From Prochlorococcus sp. AG-418-C09 (GTDB taxonomy: Bacteria; Cyanobacteriota; Cyanobacteriia; PCC-6307; Cyanobiaceae), in the NCBI GenBank assembly GCA_003214355.1, contig QCLS01000001.1:221039-285038 (forward strand): a DNA stretch of 64,000 bases. The letters run 5' to 3'. Both the position numbers and the translations under genes were made by a program. Of the stretch, positions 54,995 to 62,324 are shown piece by piece. The notes under the pieces were generated by a model. That model was not told the DNA's origin. It did not search any database and was given only the letters and a program-made list of their open reading frames with translations. The number at the start of each line of letters is the position of its first letter. Positions within the stretch are counted from its first letter, which is position 1.

Positions 54995-55552
54995 TTAAAT
55001 AGGTGTTTTATATAGAGAACCGTCACTTACTAAGTCTAATTTATCTTTAAGTTCTGCTTCTAGAGATATTAACTCATCGCGGTGTGCTCTTATTCTTAAA
55101 GACGTAGGATTTTCTTTGCTTGGATCAATTAACCTCATTTCAAATGATTCCTCCCTACTAGATTTTTTAAAATAAATCCAGCCTGAAAGAGGTCCACCGA
55201 TAAGTCCAAGTAATATAGGCCACCAACCAAATGCAGGATAAAGCTGAACTATCACCAAACCAAGGCAGCAAGATCCTAATCCCCCTAGAATGGATAAAAA
55301 GACTGTCAAAAATTTACTTGAAATAACTTCCCCTTTAAACTCTAATTTCTTCTCATTTAAATCTCCTCCAACCTGTTTCCACCCTCTCACTGTAAGCCAA
55401 TTACATATAAGATCTAGCACTTCTATAGGCATCTTAGAGGATTTAATATCTATTGTTGTGGTTCTATCCTTACTTGATGCTCGCAGGAAAAAAAATAAAC
55501 CTATAGATAAAAGTATGGTTAAAAGTAAAGTTGAATTTAAATAATATTCCAT
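54995..55552 (-). CDS. ccb1: Cofactor assembly of complex C subunit B (Ccb1/DUF3529); start trimmed to ATG 55552
   Basis: STLLLTILLSIGLFFFLRASSKDRT, CCLGLV, AHRDEL. The first 41 codons of the tracked ORF are AT-rich intergenic read-through. Confidence 0.85.
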   Translation of the reverse strand: MEYYLNSTLLLTILLSIGLFFFLRASSKDRTTTIDIKSSKMPIEVLDLICNWLTVRGWKQVGGDLNEKKLEFKGEVISSKFLTVFLSILGGLGSCCLGLVIVQLYPAFGWWPILLGLIGGPLSGWIYFKKSSREESFEMRLIDPSKENPTSLRIRAHRDELISLEAELKDKLDLVSDGSLYKTPI

Positions 55553-55692
55553 AAAAATATTGATTGATAAATTAGAGTTAAAATTATCATAATTGAAAAA
55601 TTTTAATCTAATAAAATTAAATTTACTGAGATTCTCTCTAAATTTACAGAATAATGTAAAGTAAAAATAAAACAATCTTCATCTAAATACTT

Positions 55693-56334
55693 ATGGGATC
55701 TAATAAAATCAATAAAGAGGTCAATTATTTTACTAATGATTTAAATAATAATTTATTTAAGATTTACGACCAATCCTCACTATTAGCTGTAGATACAGAA
55801 GCGATGGGGTTAATACATGGAAGAGATAGATTATGCCTAATCCAAATATGTAATGAAAATAATATTACAACTTGTATTAGAATTAATAAAGAACAAACAT
55901 CGTCAAAACAAATTCAAAAATTATTTGAGGATAAAAGAATAACTAAAGTCTTTCATTTTGCAAGGTTTGATATAGCAGCTCTAAAATGCAATTTAGGAAT
56001 TAATACACAAAACATTTTTTGCACAAAGATTGCTAGTAAATTAGCAAGAACATATACTAATAAGCATGGCCTAAAAGATCTAATCAATGAACTAGTTGGT
56101 GTTGAATTAGATAAAACTTCTCAAAGCAGTGATTGGGGTAAAAAAGAGGATTTCTCTGCAGAACAAATAAATTATGCTGCAAATGATGTTAAATATTTAA
56201 TTAGTGCAATGAGAGAATTAGTAATCATATTAAAAAGAGAGGGTAGGTATGAATTGGCTGAGAAATGCTTTAATGCAATTCCAATTCATGCAGAATTAGA
56301 TATTCAAAAGTTTACCAATATATTTGAGCATTAA
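55693..56334 (+). CDS. rnd: Ribonuclease D (DEDDy 3'-5' exonuclease)
   Basis: AVDTEAMGL, RLCLIQ, FHFARFD, CTKIASKL, SDW, YAANDV. Confidence 0.92.
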   Translation: MGSNKINKEVNYFTNDLNNNLFKIYDQSSLLAVDTEAMGLIHGRDRLCLIQICNENNITTCIRINKEQTSSKQIQKLFEDKRITKVFHFARFDIAALKCNLGINTQNIFCTKIASKLARTYTNKHGLKDLINELVGVELDKTSQSSDWGKKEDFSAEQINYAANDVKYLISAMRELVIILKREGRYELAEKCFNAIPIHAELDIQKFTNIFEH

Positions 56335-56337
56335 TCT

Positions 56338-56604
56338 TTAATCCTCAACCATAAAATTATCATCAGTGCCTAGAGATTCCATTAATTCATTAAAAATCTC
56401 GACCGAATCAACACCACTATTCTTTTCATTTTTGCAAAATTCCAAAACCTTAGCAGCAACTGCTTTTTTCTCTAATATTGTTTTTGATCCTTTTTTTGCA
56501 ATTTGTATCTCTACTTTTTTCTTTGCGGCAGATAAACTAATACTCATCAAACTCGCTATTTCCGAGCATATCTTCAAGTAATCTCGATCATTAATGGGAT
56601 ACAT
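56338..56604 (-). CDS. Conserved hypothetical protein, 88 aa
   Basis: ATG ORF with the picocyanobacterial-type C-terminus DDNFMVED; fits between rnd and the next gene. Confidence 0.75.
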   Translation of the reverse strand: MYPINDRDYLKICSEIASLMSISLSAAKKKVEIQIAKKGSKTILEKKAVAAKVLEFCKNEKNSGVDSVEIFNELMESLGTDDNFMVED

Positions 56605-56633
56605 AATACCTCTTCTTCATATGACACTTTACT

Positions 56634-57905
56634 TTACTCGAATAACAATTTTAAATTTAAATGATTAACAATTCTCTCACTTCCTCCTTTTGGACCCATT
56701 CTTTTCACTCCCAATTTAGACTGTTCCTTTCTTAAAGATTTATTATTTAATAATTTATTTAATCTTTTTAAAACATCTTCCTCTCTATCACAAACATTTA
56801 CGGAACCTCCTAATAATCTTTGTTGTCTTTGCGCAAAAGATTTTGTGAATTGTGGTCCTACTCCAGGAATAGACAAAGAAGGTATACCTAATCCTGAAAT
56901 CTGCTCTGTTGCTGTTCCTGCATTTGATAATCCCACCTCGGCAAGATTGGCCCAATTGTTAAAAGTTCCTAATCCAACTACAATAAATTGATTATTTTTT
57001 CTCCAAATTGACTCCTCACCAATTAAGAGTTCAAAATTATCAAGCTTGTAATCATATTTCATTAATATCGCCTCTATTTGATCTAATTCAGAATTACGAC
57101 TTAAAGGGAAAAGGATTAAAACTTTTTTTTCTGGATTGAAAGGATTTAAACATGACAAAAAATTTGTGAGATTGTTAAAAGCCTCTGGATAGCGACTTCC
57201 TATTAAAAGAATAACTTTCATATAATCATCTAAGACATAATTCTTTTCAAGATTAGACTCAACAAAATCCATCATTGGATTACCAAGAAAACTTGCATTG
57301 ACTCTCTTTTTCATAAGATTATTTGCAGTGATTTCATCTCTAACAATTACTGTTTTACAGTTTGAGTGTCGCATAAGATTTATTTCCCAGGGGTCCCATT
57401 CAGAACCTTTGAATTTATGATAGAAATCGCTAATATTCCAGCCTGGTCCACTAGTCCAAGTATGATCACTTTTAGGAGTCCCAATAAAAGCAAATTGACA
57501 TCTAGAAGTCCAAGCAAAAAACAATGGGAGTAAATCCCCAATAGCAAGAATCCTAAATCCTTTATTTGATTTTTTTAAAACAAATAACCAATTTTTTAAT
57601 AAGTTTAGAGGCATTCCTGCGCAAATATCTAAAACTAAACCTTTTAAACTTTGATTGCTAAAGCCACCACTTGGTAGGACTTTAGGATTTCCCACAAGAG
57701 TCACATTATCCCCTTTGACTGAATCAAAGATATATCCATTTCCTACTAAAGGTAATACTTCTATTTTTAATGATTTTCGGATAACTGAAATTCTTTTTAT
57801 AATTTCTAAAGCAATAATATCTTCTCCATGACCATTGCATATAATTAATAGAGATTGAATCGTTTTACTGTTAAGATTAGTAATTGATTGATTAACTTCA
57901 TTCAT
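56634..57905 (-). CDS. Lipid-A-disaccharide synthase-related protein (GT-B); start uncertain, at most ATG 57905
   Basis: CNGHGED, LPLVG.G, PSGGF, GTPKSD, GNPMMD, LLIGSR, AGTATEQ. The tracked extension to 58124 is antisense to tRNA-Cys. Confidence 0.85.
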   Translation of the reverse strand: MNEVNQSITNLNSKTIQSLLIICNGHGEDIIALEIIKRISVIRKSLKIEVLPLVGNGYIFDSVKGDNVTLVGNPKVLPSGGFSNQSLKGLVLDICAGMPLNLLKNWLFVLKKSNKGFRILAIGDLLPLFFAWTSRCQFAFIGTPKSDHTWTSGPGWNISDFYHKFKGSEWDPWEINLMRHSNCKTVIVRDEITANNLMKKRVNASFLGNPMMDFVESNLEKNYVLDDYMKVILLIGSRYPEAFNNLTNFLSCLNPFNPEKKVLILFPLSRNSELDQIEAILMKYDYKLDNFELLIGEESIWRKNNQFIVVGLGTFNNWANLAEVGLSNAGTATEQISGLGIPSLSIPGVGPQFTKSFAQRQQRLLGGSVNVCDREEDVLKRLNKLLNNKSLRKEQSKLGVKRMGPKGGSERIVNHLNLKLLFE

Positions 57906-57976
57906 GGCGGCATGGCCAAGCGGTAAGGCAGAGGATTGCAAATCCTTTATCCCCAGTTCGAATCTGGGTGCCGCCT
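57906..57976 (+). tRNA. tRNA-Cys(GCA)
   Basis: GGCGGCATGGCCAAGCGGTAAGGCAGAGGA-TT GCA AA-TCCTT...CCCAGTTCGAATCTGGGTGCCGCCT. Confidence 0.97.
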
Positions 57977-57977
57977 T
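57955..57977 (+). repeat. att core copy 1 (tRNA-Cys T-arm and acceptor 3' strand)
   Basis: AGTTCGAATCTGGGTGCCGCCTT, identical at 59183..59205. Confidence 0.95.
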
Positions 57978-58064
57978 CTTTATATTAGTGACAATATTCG
58001 CTGTAAACCGTTCCAAGAAAAGGAGTTTTGAGTAACGGTTCGAAGATTTCAAGGAGTTATTAAT

Positions 58065-58097
58065 GGTAGGAAAGTGGTAGGAAAGTGGTAGGAAAGT
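58065..58097 (+). repeat. Three perfect tandem copies of GGTAGGAAAGT
   Basis: Units at 58065, 58076 and 58087. Confidence 0.95.
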
Positions 58098-58389
58098 CAA
58101 GACAAAACTTTCTTTAACCCACACGAAACTATTATCGCAAAATAAAAACCAAGGAACAAATTATTAAATAACTTTAAATTAATTGCAATTCCGACTCGTT
58201 TAATTGAAAATCTTACTTTTATAAAAAGCACATTATTGAAAGGTAAAGCACGCATTTAGATAATTTAAATTAAATATCTCAACGACTTAGTGAATAATAA
58301 TATTTCTAGATCTTGCCCTTAATAACAATAGTTAAATTTCTTTGTTCTTTAGTACCTCTTTTATAAAATAAAAAGAATACCTACATAGT

Positions 58390-58830
58390 GAGAATTTACA
58401 GATTTTGCTTAAAGTTTTAATTATTTTTCTTTTATGTACCCCCTTTTTGTTCCTAATAAAAAAGGAGTTCGATGGAGTATCTAAAAAGAGTAAAAAAATT
58501 ACTTATATATCAATCGGAATAACTTCTTTCATGTTTGTACTGTATAGATTGGCGCTGATTTATGAGAATTTACAGATACTGTTTAATATTTTATTAAGTG
58601 TTCTTTTATTTAGCGCATGTTTCTTCTTATTAAAAAAAGTTTTCGATGGATTATCTAAAAAGAATAAAAAAATAACTTATATATCAATCGGAATAATTTC
58701 TTACATGTTTGTACTGTATAGATTGGCGCTGATTTATGAAAATTTACAGATGTTGTTTACATTATTTTTAGTAATTCTTGTAGTTAGCGCATTTTTCTTC
58801 TTATTAAGAAAAGTTCTGGATGAATTTTCT
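58390..58830 (+). repeat. 174-bp (58-codon) tandem repeat, about 2.5 units, inside the cargo gene
   Basis: GAGAATTTACAGAT at 58390 and 58564, GAAAATTTACAGAT at 58738; TTCGATGGA at 58468 and 58642. Confidence 0.93.
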
Positions 58831-59001
58831 AAATGTCCGCGATGCGGTACACCTAACAGTTCTGAACTTGTAGACCAACAATGGCATGGAACATTTGAAA
58901 TGGGTACACAACGTGAAACAAGAAATATTTATAAAAATACCTATAGATGTTCAAAGTGTGGACATCAGTATTGGAAAACAGAACGAAGTTGGTTTAACTA
59001 A
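58405..59001 (+). CDS. Cargo membrane protein with 58-aa tandem repeats and a C-terminal zinc ribbon
   Basis: Hydrophobic helices alternate with Lys-rich loops; CPRC...CSKC; TTG start; the only long ORF in the cassette. Confidence 0.7.
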   Translation: MLKVLIIFLLCTPFLFLIKKEFDGVSKKSKKITYISIGITSFMFVLYRLALIYENLQILFNILLSVLLFSACFFLLKKVFDGLSKKNKKITYISIGIISYMFVLYRLALIYENLQMLFTLFLVILVVSAFFFLLRKVLDEFSKCPRCGTPNSSELVDQQWHGTFEMGTQRETRNIYKNTYRCSKCGHQYWKTERSWFN

Positions 59002-59104
59002 AAAAATTATTTAATTAATCAAATAAATTGATTCTAAAAGTAATTTAATTTCCTACCTTAAAAATAAATAAATAGATTGAAAGTAAATATTCCACACTTT
59101 TAAT

Positions 59105-59126
59105 GGTAGGAAAGTGGTAGGAAAGT
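59105..59126 (+). repeat. Two perfect tandem copies of GGTAGGAAAGT
   Basis: 59100..59126 is identical to 58060..58086 (27 bp). Confidence 0.95.
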
Positions 59127-59182
59127 TTAGATTTTGATCTCAAAAACTGCAGTTATAGATTGATTTTTAGAATACAAAACCT

Positions 59183-59205
59183 AGTTCGAATCTGGGTGCC
59201 GCCTT
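59183..59205 (+). repeat. att core copy 2 (duplicated tRNA-Cys 3' fragment)
   Basis: Exact 23-bp match to 57955..57977; 25/26 when extended to 59180. Confidence 0.95.
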
Positions 59206-59297
59206 TTTCAAATTAGTAAATAATTTCGCTGTAAAGCGTTCCAAAAAAAGGATTTTATTATAGCGATTCTTAATACTCAAGATGTTCAGTAATGGGC

Positions 59298-59331
59298 GGT
59301 AGGTTATCGGTAAGTTGACTGATAAGTTACC
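59298..59331 (+). repeat. Variant three-unit array (GGTAGGTTATC, GGTAAGTTGAC, GATAAGTTACC)
   Basis: About 11-bp period, shared G-R-T-A-R-G-T-T core; at nearly the same distance from att copy 2 as the first array is from att copy 1. Confidence 0.6.
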
Positions 59332-59469
59332 AGATTTTTTTATATTATTTCATCATCTCACTAATTGTAAAAACAGGAAAGAAGTAACTGTTTTCAAGTT
59401 AATTTCAACATATAAATAATAATATTGATCAAAATATGATTATTTTCAAGAAAATAAATAAAAATTATT

Positions 59470-59778
59470 ATGAATATTAATGCCTTCTTTAAGCTTTCTT
59501 TAATTTGATTCGCGGGTCTGAAATGAGTCGCTTGTGGAGGTAAACTTAAAGTGACCTCTTGTGAGGGATACGAATTATACGAAAGTCCAGTTAGTTAAAT
59601 AATTGATTAAGAATCAGAAATAGTAACAGTTAATTTTTTTGGAGATGATTTTTCATATGAAATAGATGGTAGGGAAACTTCTATAGACGGTTCAAACCTA
59701 AAAGTACAGCGTGATTTAGTGCCTCTTAATAATTGTCCTAATGAATTACCTGATGCTATTTTGCATTTAATTCCATAA
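59470..59778 (+). pseudogene. Possible decayed ORF (103 codons, four in-frame stops)
   Basis: ATG 59470 to TAA 59778 in one frame with TGA, TGA, TAA, TAA. The last 55 codons are open and protein-like (ESEIVTVNFFGDDFSYEIDGRETSIDG...). Confidence 0.3.
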
Positions 59779-59837
59779 AATTAAATTGATTTAATGAAAT
59801 TCTTCTTTTAATATAAAAAAAAATAACCTAATAATTT

Positions 59838-61385
59838 TTGCATAAAAAGTTATCTAATATATTTAGAATAGTAATTTTTCTTCCTCTTTTTAGCTATTTG
59901 GGAGAAAGAAGCTTTATTGCTTATGACGAAGGATTTTATATACTCCAGGCAAAATGGATTTTAGCGAAAGGCAATTGGATAGCGCCTATGTGGTTTGATA
60001 ATATTTCTCTTGATAGAACTATTGGAATTCAATTTCTAATTGCCTTATCACAAAAATTTCTTGGGAGTAGCGATTTTGTAATTTATATACCGACAACAAT
60101 TTGTGCAATATATATGGCTTATTTAACCTATCAAATCCATAAAGAACTGATAGGTGAGTCCTATGCATTAATTTCGCCTCTAATCTTATCAACAACCCTT
60201 TTGTGGATAAATCATGCGAATATGGCAACTCAAGACATTGTTTTTTCAACTATTGTCACTTTAGGGATTTATTCAACGATTAAGGCAAGTAAGTCTTCTG
60301 AAAATATTTTTTTAATATTTTCAGGCATATGGATAGGATTAGCAATAATGTTCAAAACTTTTTTAACGATCATTCCAATATTAGGAATATTACCTTTTTT
60401 AATTTACAAAAAAATCGCCCAAAAGAGATCCTTTTTGTTGGGTTTATTCATTGGTTTAATACCATTTCTGGTATGGAGTTTTCTGATCATAAAAAATTAT
60501 GGTTATTCTACTTATGATGATTTATTTTCAAAATTATTATCTTTATCAAAAAATAATACCTTTACTAATCCTTTTTATTATTATTTGTGGAATATTCCAA
60601 TTAATACATTTCCATGGTCATTGTTTTTATTGATGGGCTTAGCTGAATCTTCAAAACTTAGGAATCAAACATCAAAGTATTTCTTATTTATTTATCCACT
60701 AATAGTAATTGGTTTGTTAAGTATTTTTTCTACTAAGACCCAATATTATCCATTGCAAATTACTGCAATATTTTCTGTGAATTGCTATCTAGGCATTTCA
60801 TTAATAATCAAGCACAAAAGTAGTTTGATCAATATTGTAAGATTTATTAATTTTATTTTTGTTCCAATTACTTTATTAACATTATTAATATTAGTGAATT
60901 TCAACTATTTACCTATTGATATTGAATTAAGCGAAAAACAATACATAACTATTGGAGTATTATTATTCTCTATTTGTTGGTTATCTTACAATTTTTTAAA
61001 AACAAATAAAGCAAAACTACTATGCATCATATTAGGTCCATATTTTTTATTTTCTACAGTCTTACAATCAGGATTAATTACTGATAGATCAAAGGATCTA
61101 AGAATAGCTACTGAAGATATCATAAGATCAGAAAAACTTAATAATATCGCAATCCATACAGTAATCACAGACATTGATAATGAATTAGCACAGTCAAAAA
61201 TTATTAAAATTCTTGCCCTCATGCCTAGATTAGGCGACGGAATTTCATCATTAAATGATTTAGATCTGAAAGAATATGCATGGACAACTATAAGCAAAGA
61301 AGAAATTATAGATGAAAATCAGCTGAAAATTATAAACCAATCAAAGACTTTTTCTCCATGGAATTTAGTTAAGAAGGAAAGATGA
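59838..61385 (+). CDS. ArnT/PMT-family (GT-C, GT39-like) glycosyltransferase
   Basis: AYDEGFY, WIAPM, ATQD, GLAIMFK, PFYYYLW, KTQYY; multiple TM helices; TTG start uncertain. Confidence 0.9.
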   Translation: MHKKLSNIFRIVIFLPLFSYLGERSFIAYDEGFYILQAKWILAKGNWIAPMWFDNISLDRTIGIQFLIALSQKFLGSSDFVIYIPTTICAIYMAYLTYQIHKELIGESYALISPLILSTTLLWINHANMATQDIVFSTIVTLGIYSTIKASKSSENIFLIFSGIWIGLAIMFKTFLTIIPILGILPFLIYKKIAQKRSFLLGLFIGLIPFLVWSFLIIKNYGYSTYDDLFSKLLSLSKNNTFTNPFYYYLWNIPINTFPWSLFLLMGLAESSKLRNQTSKYFLFIYPLIVIGLLSIFSTKTQYYPLQITAIFSVNCYLGISLIIKHKSSLINIVRFINFIFVPITLLTLLILVNFNYLPIDIELSEKQYITIGVLLFSICWLSYNFLKTNKAKLLCIILGPYFLFSTVLQSGLITDRSKDLRIATEDIIRSEKLNNIAIHTVITDIDNELAQSKIIKILALMPRLGDGISSLNDLDLKEYAWTTISKEEIIDENQLKIINQSKTFSPWNLVKKER

Positions 61386-61391
61386 TTATTT

Positions 61392-61553
61392 CTAATATTC
61401 ATTATCTGCTACACAAATACCCATACATCTAACACCATTTGATGCAGTTCGTTTACAATGGATACAAAGTATTCGATCTTTTTTATTTTGCAGTAAATTT
61501 ATCTTTTCTTTTTCATATTGATCTAAATCAAGATTATTATCACAGATTTCCAT
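61392..61553 (-). CDS. Small Cys-rich hypothetical protein (53 aa); start trimmed to ATG 61553
   Basis: MEICDN...CIHC...CMGICVADNEY; the start overlaps the stop of the upstream gene by 14 nt. Confidence 0.7.
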   Translation of the reverse strand: MEICDNNLDLDQYEKEKINLLQNKKDRILCIHCKRTASNGVRCMGICVADNEY

Positions 61554-62184
61554 TATTTTGATGACTTTCTGAACTGATATTAACAACTAATGATGTATTT
61601 GTGTTTGATGAAGGTATATCCATTATTTTAACTGTTTCTTGAGTTTTCTCTCTTACTATATTATCTTCCTCTGTTTCTTCTACAGAGCATGCTTCTAATG
61701 CCTCTCTTAATAATGAATCAAATGTTGCCCCTGGTAATCTATGCCTTGCTACCTCTAGAAAAGTTCTTGGCAATGATTCAGAGGCTGCATCTCGTAATGC
61801 AGGATTATTTCTTCTATGTTCTTGTTCTTCTTCAATTGACTTAATAAATCTTAAAGTCACATCGCGCTTTGTTGAAGCTTTTATTAACGTATCACTTTCC
61901 TGATTATCATTATTTGAATCATTTTCAAGATCAAATAATCTTTTCTCAAGACTACTTAAAACCTCATTGGCCTCTTTACTTATATGAGCTAGTTGGCCAT
62001 CAGATAAATTAGGCAGATCTGCAACAAATACTTTGCCATGATCTCTTAAAGTTAAGAAAGTCGGCCTTGGACCTTGATTCTGACGACTATTAAAATCTGA
62101 AGCGTTCGAAGATGGTCTTCTAGGAGGAGTAGGTCCAGCTGAGCTGCGTCTACGAGTAATTCTTTGATTATTTTCAGAAGGCAT
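61540..62184 (-). CDS. Conserved picocyanobacterial hypothetical protein
   Basis: RITRRRSSAGPTPP, PRPTFLTLRDHGKVFVADLP, FLEVARHRLPGATFDSLL; function not assignable from motifs. Confidence 0.85.
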   Translation of the reverse strand: MPSENNQRITRRRSSAGPTPPRRPSSNASDFNSRQNQGPRPTFLTLRDHGKVFVADLPNLSDGQLAHISKEANEVLSSLEKRLFDLENDSNNDNQESDTLIKASTKRDVTLRFIKSIEEEQEHRRNNPALRDAASESLPRTFLEVARHRLPGATFDSLLREALEACSVEETEEDNIVREKTQETVKIMDIPSSNTNTSLVVNISSESHQNNGNL

Positions 62185-62324
62185 AAGAATAATTAAATCT
62201 ATTTAATCAAGCTTCCCGATATTAAGCGGAGCATAGTCTTACTATTTTACATGTAAGTTTTTAATTTGGGTATATAAAATCTATTTGTTATTACCTAATT
62301 ACAAAAGAATTAATAATCTATTTA

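Larger units (their letters stand above)
57955..59205. mobile_element. Non-autonomous tRNA-Cys-integrated mini-cassette (1,228 bp between att repeats, no integrase)
   Basis: Bounded by a 23-bp direct repeat of the tRNA 3' end; identical 11-bp tandem arrays inside both ends; one cargo ORF. Confidence 0.75.

Noticed and set aside
55553-55675. 41-aa N-terminal extension of Ccb1
   Set aside because: Phe/Asn-rich translation of very AT-rich divergent promoter DNA; family similarity starts at Met 55552.
58065-58097. GGTAGGAAAGT arrays as a CRISPR array
   Set aside because: The units are 11 bp, directly adjacent with no spacers, and there are no cas genes.
57906-58124. N-terminal 73 aa of the tracked 496-aa ORF 56634..58124
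   Set aside because: It is the antisense read-through of tRNA-Cys and the att/arm repeats (AAPRFELGIKDLQSSALPLGHAA is the typical tRNA shadow translation).
59153-59165. IHF-like site (reverse AATCAATCTATAA) between the arm array and att copy 2
   Set aside because: It has one mismatch to WATCAANNNNTTR, is easily met by chance in AT-rich DNA, and I cannot support a canonical IHF in this host. The position is suggestive only.
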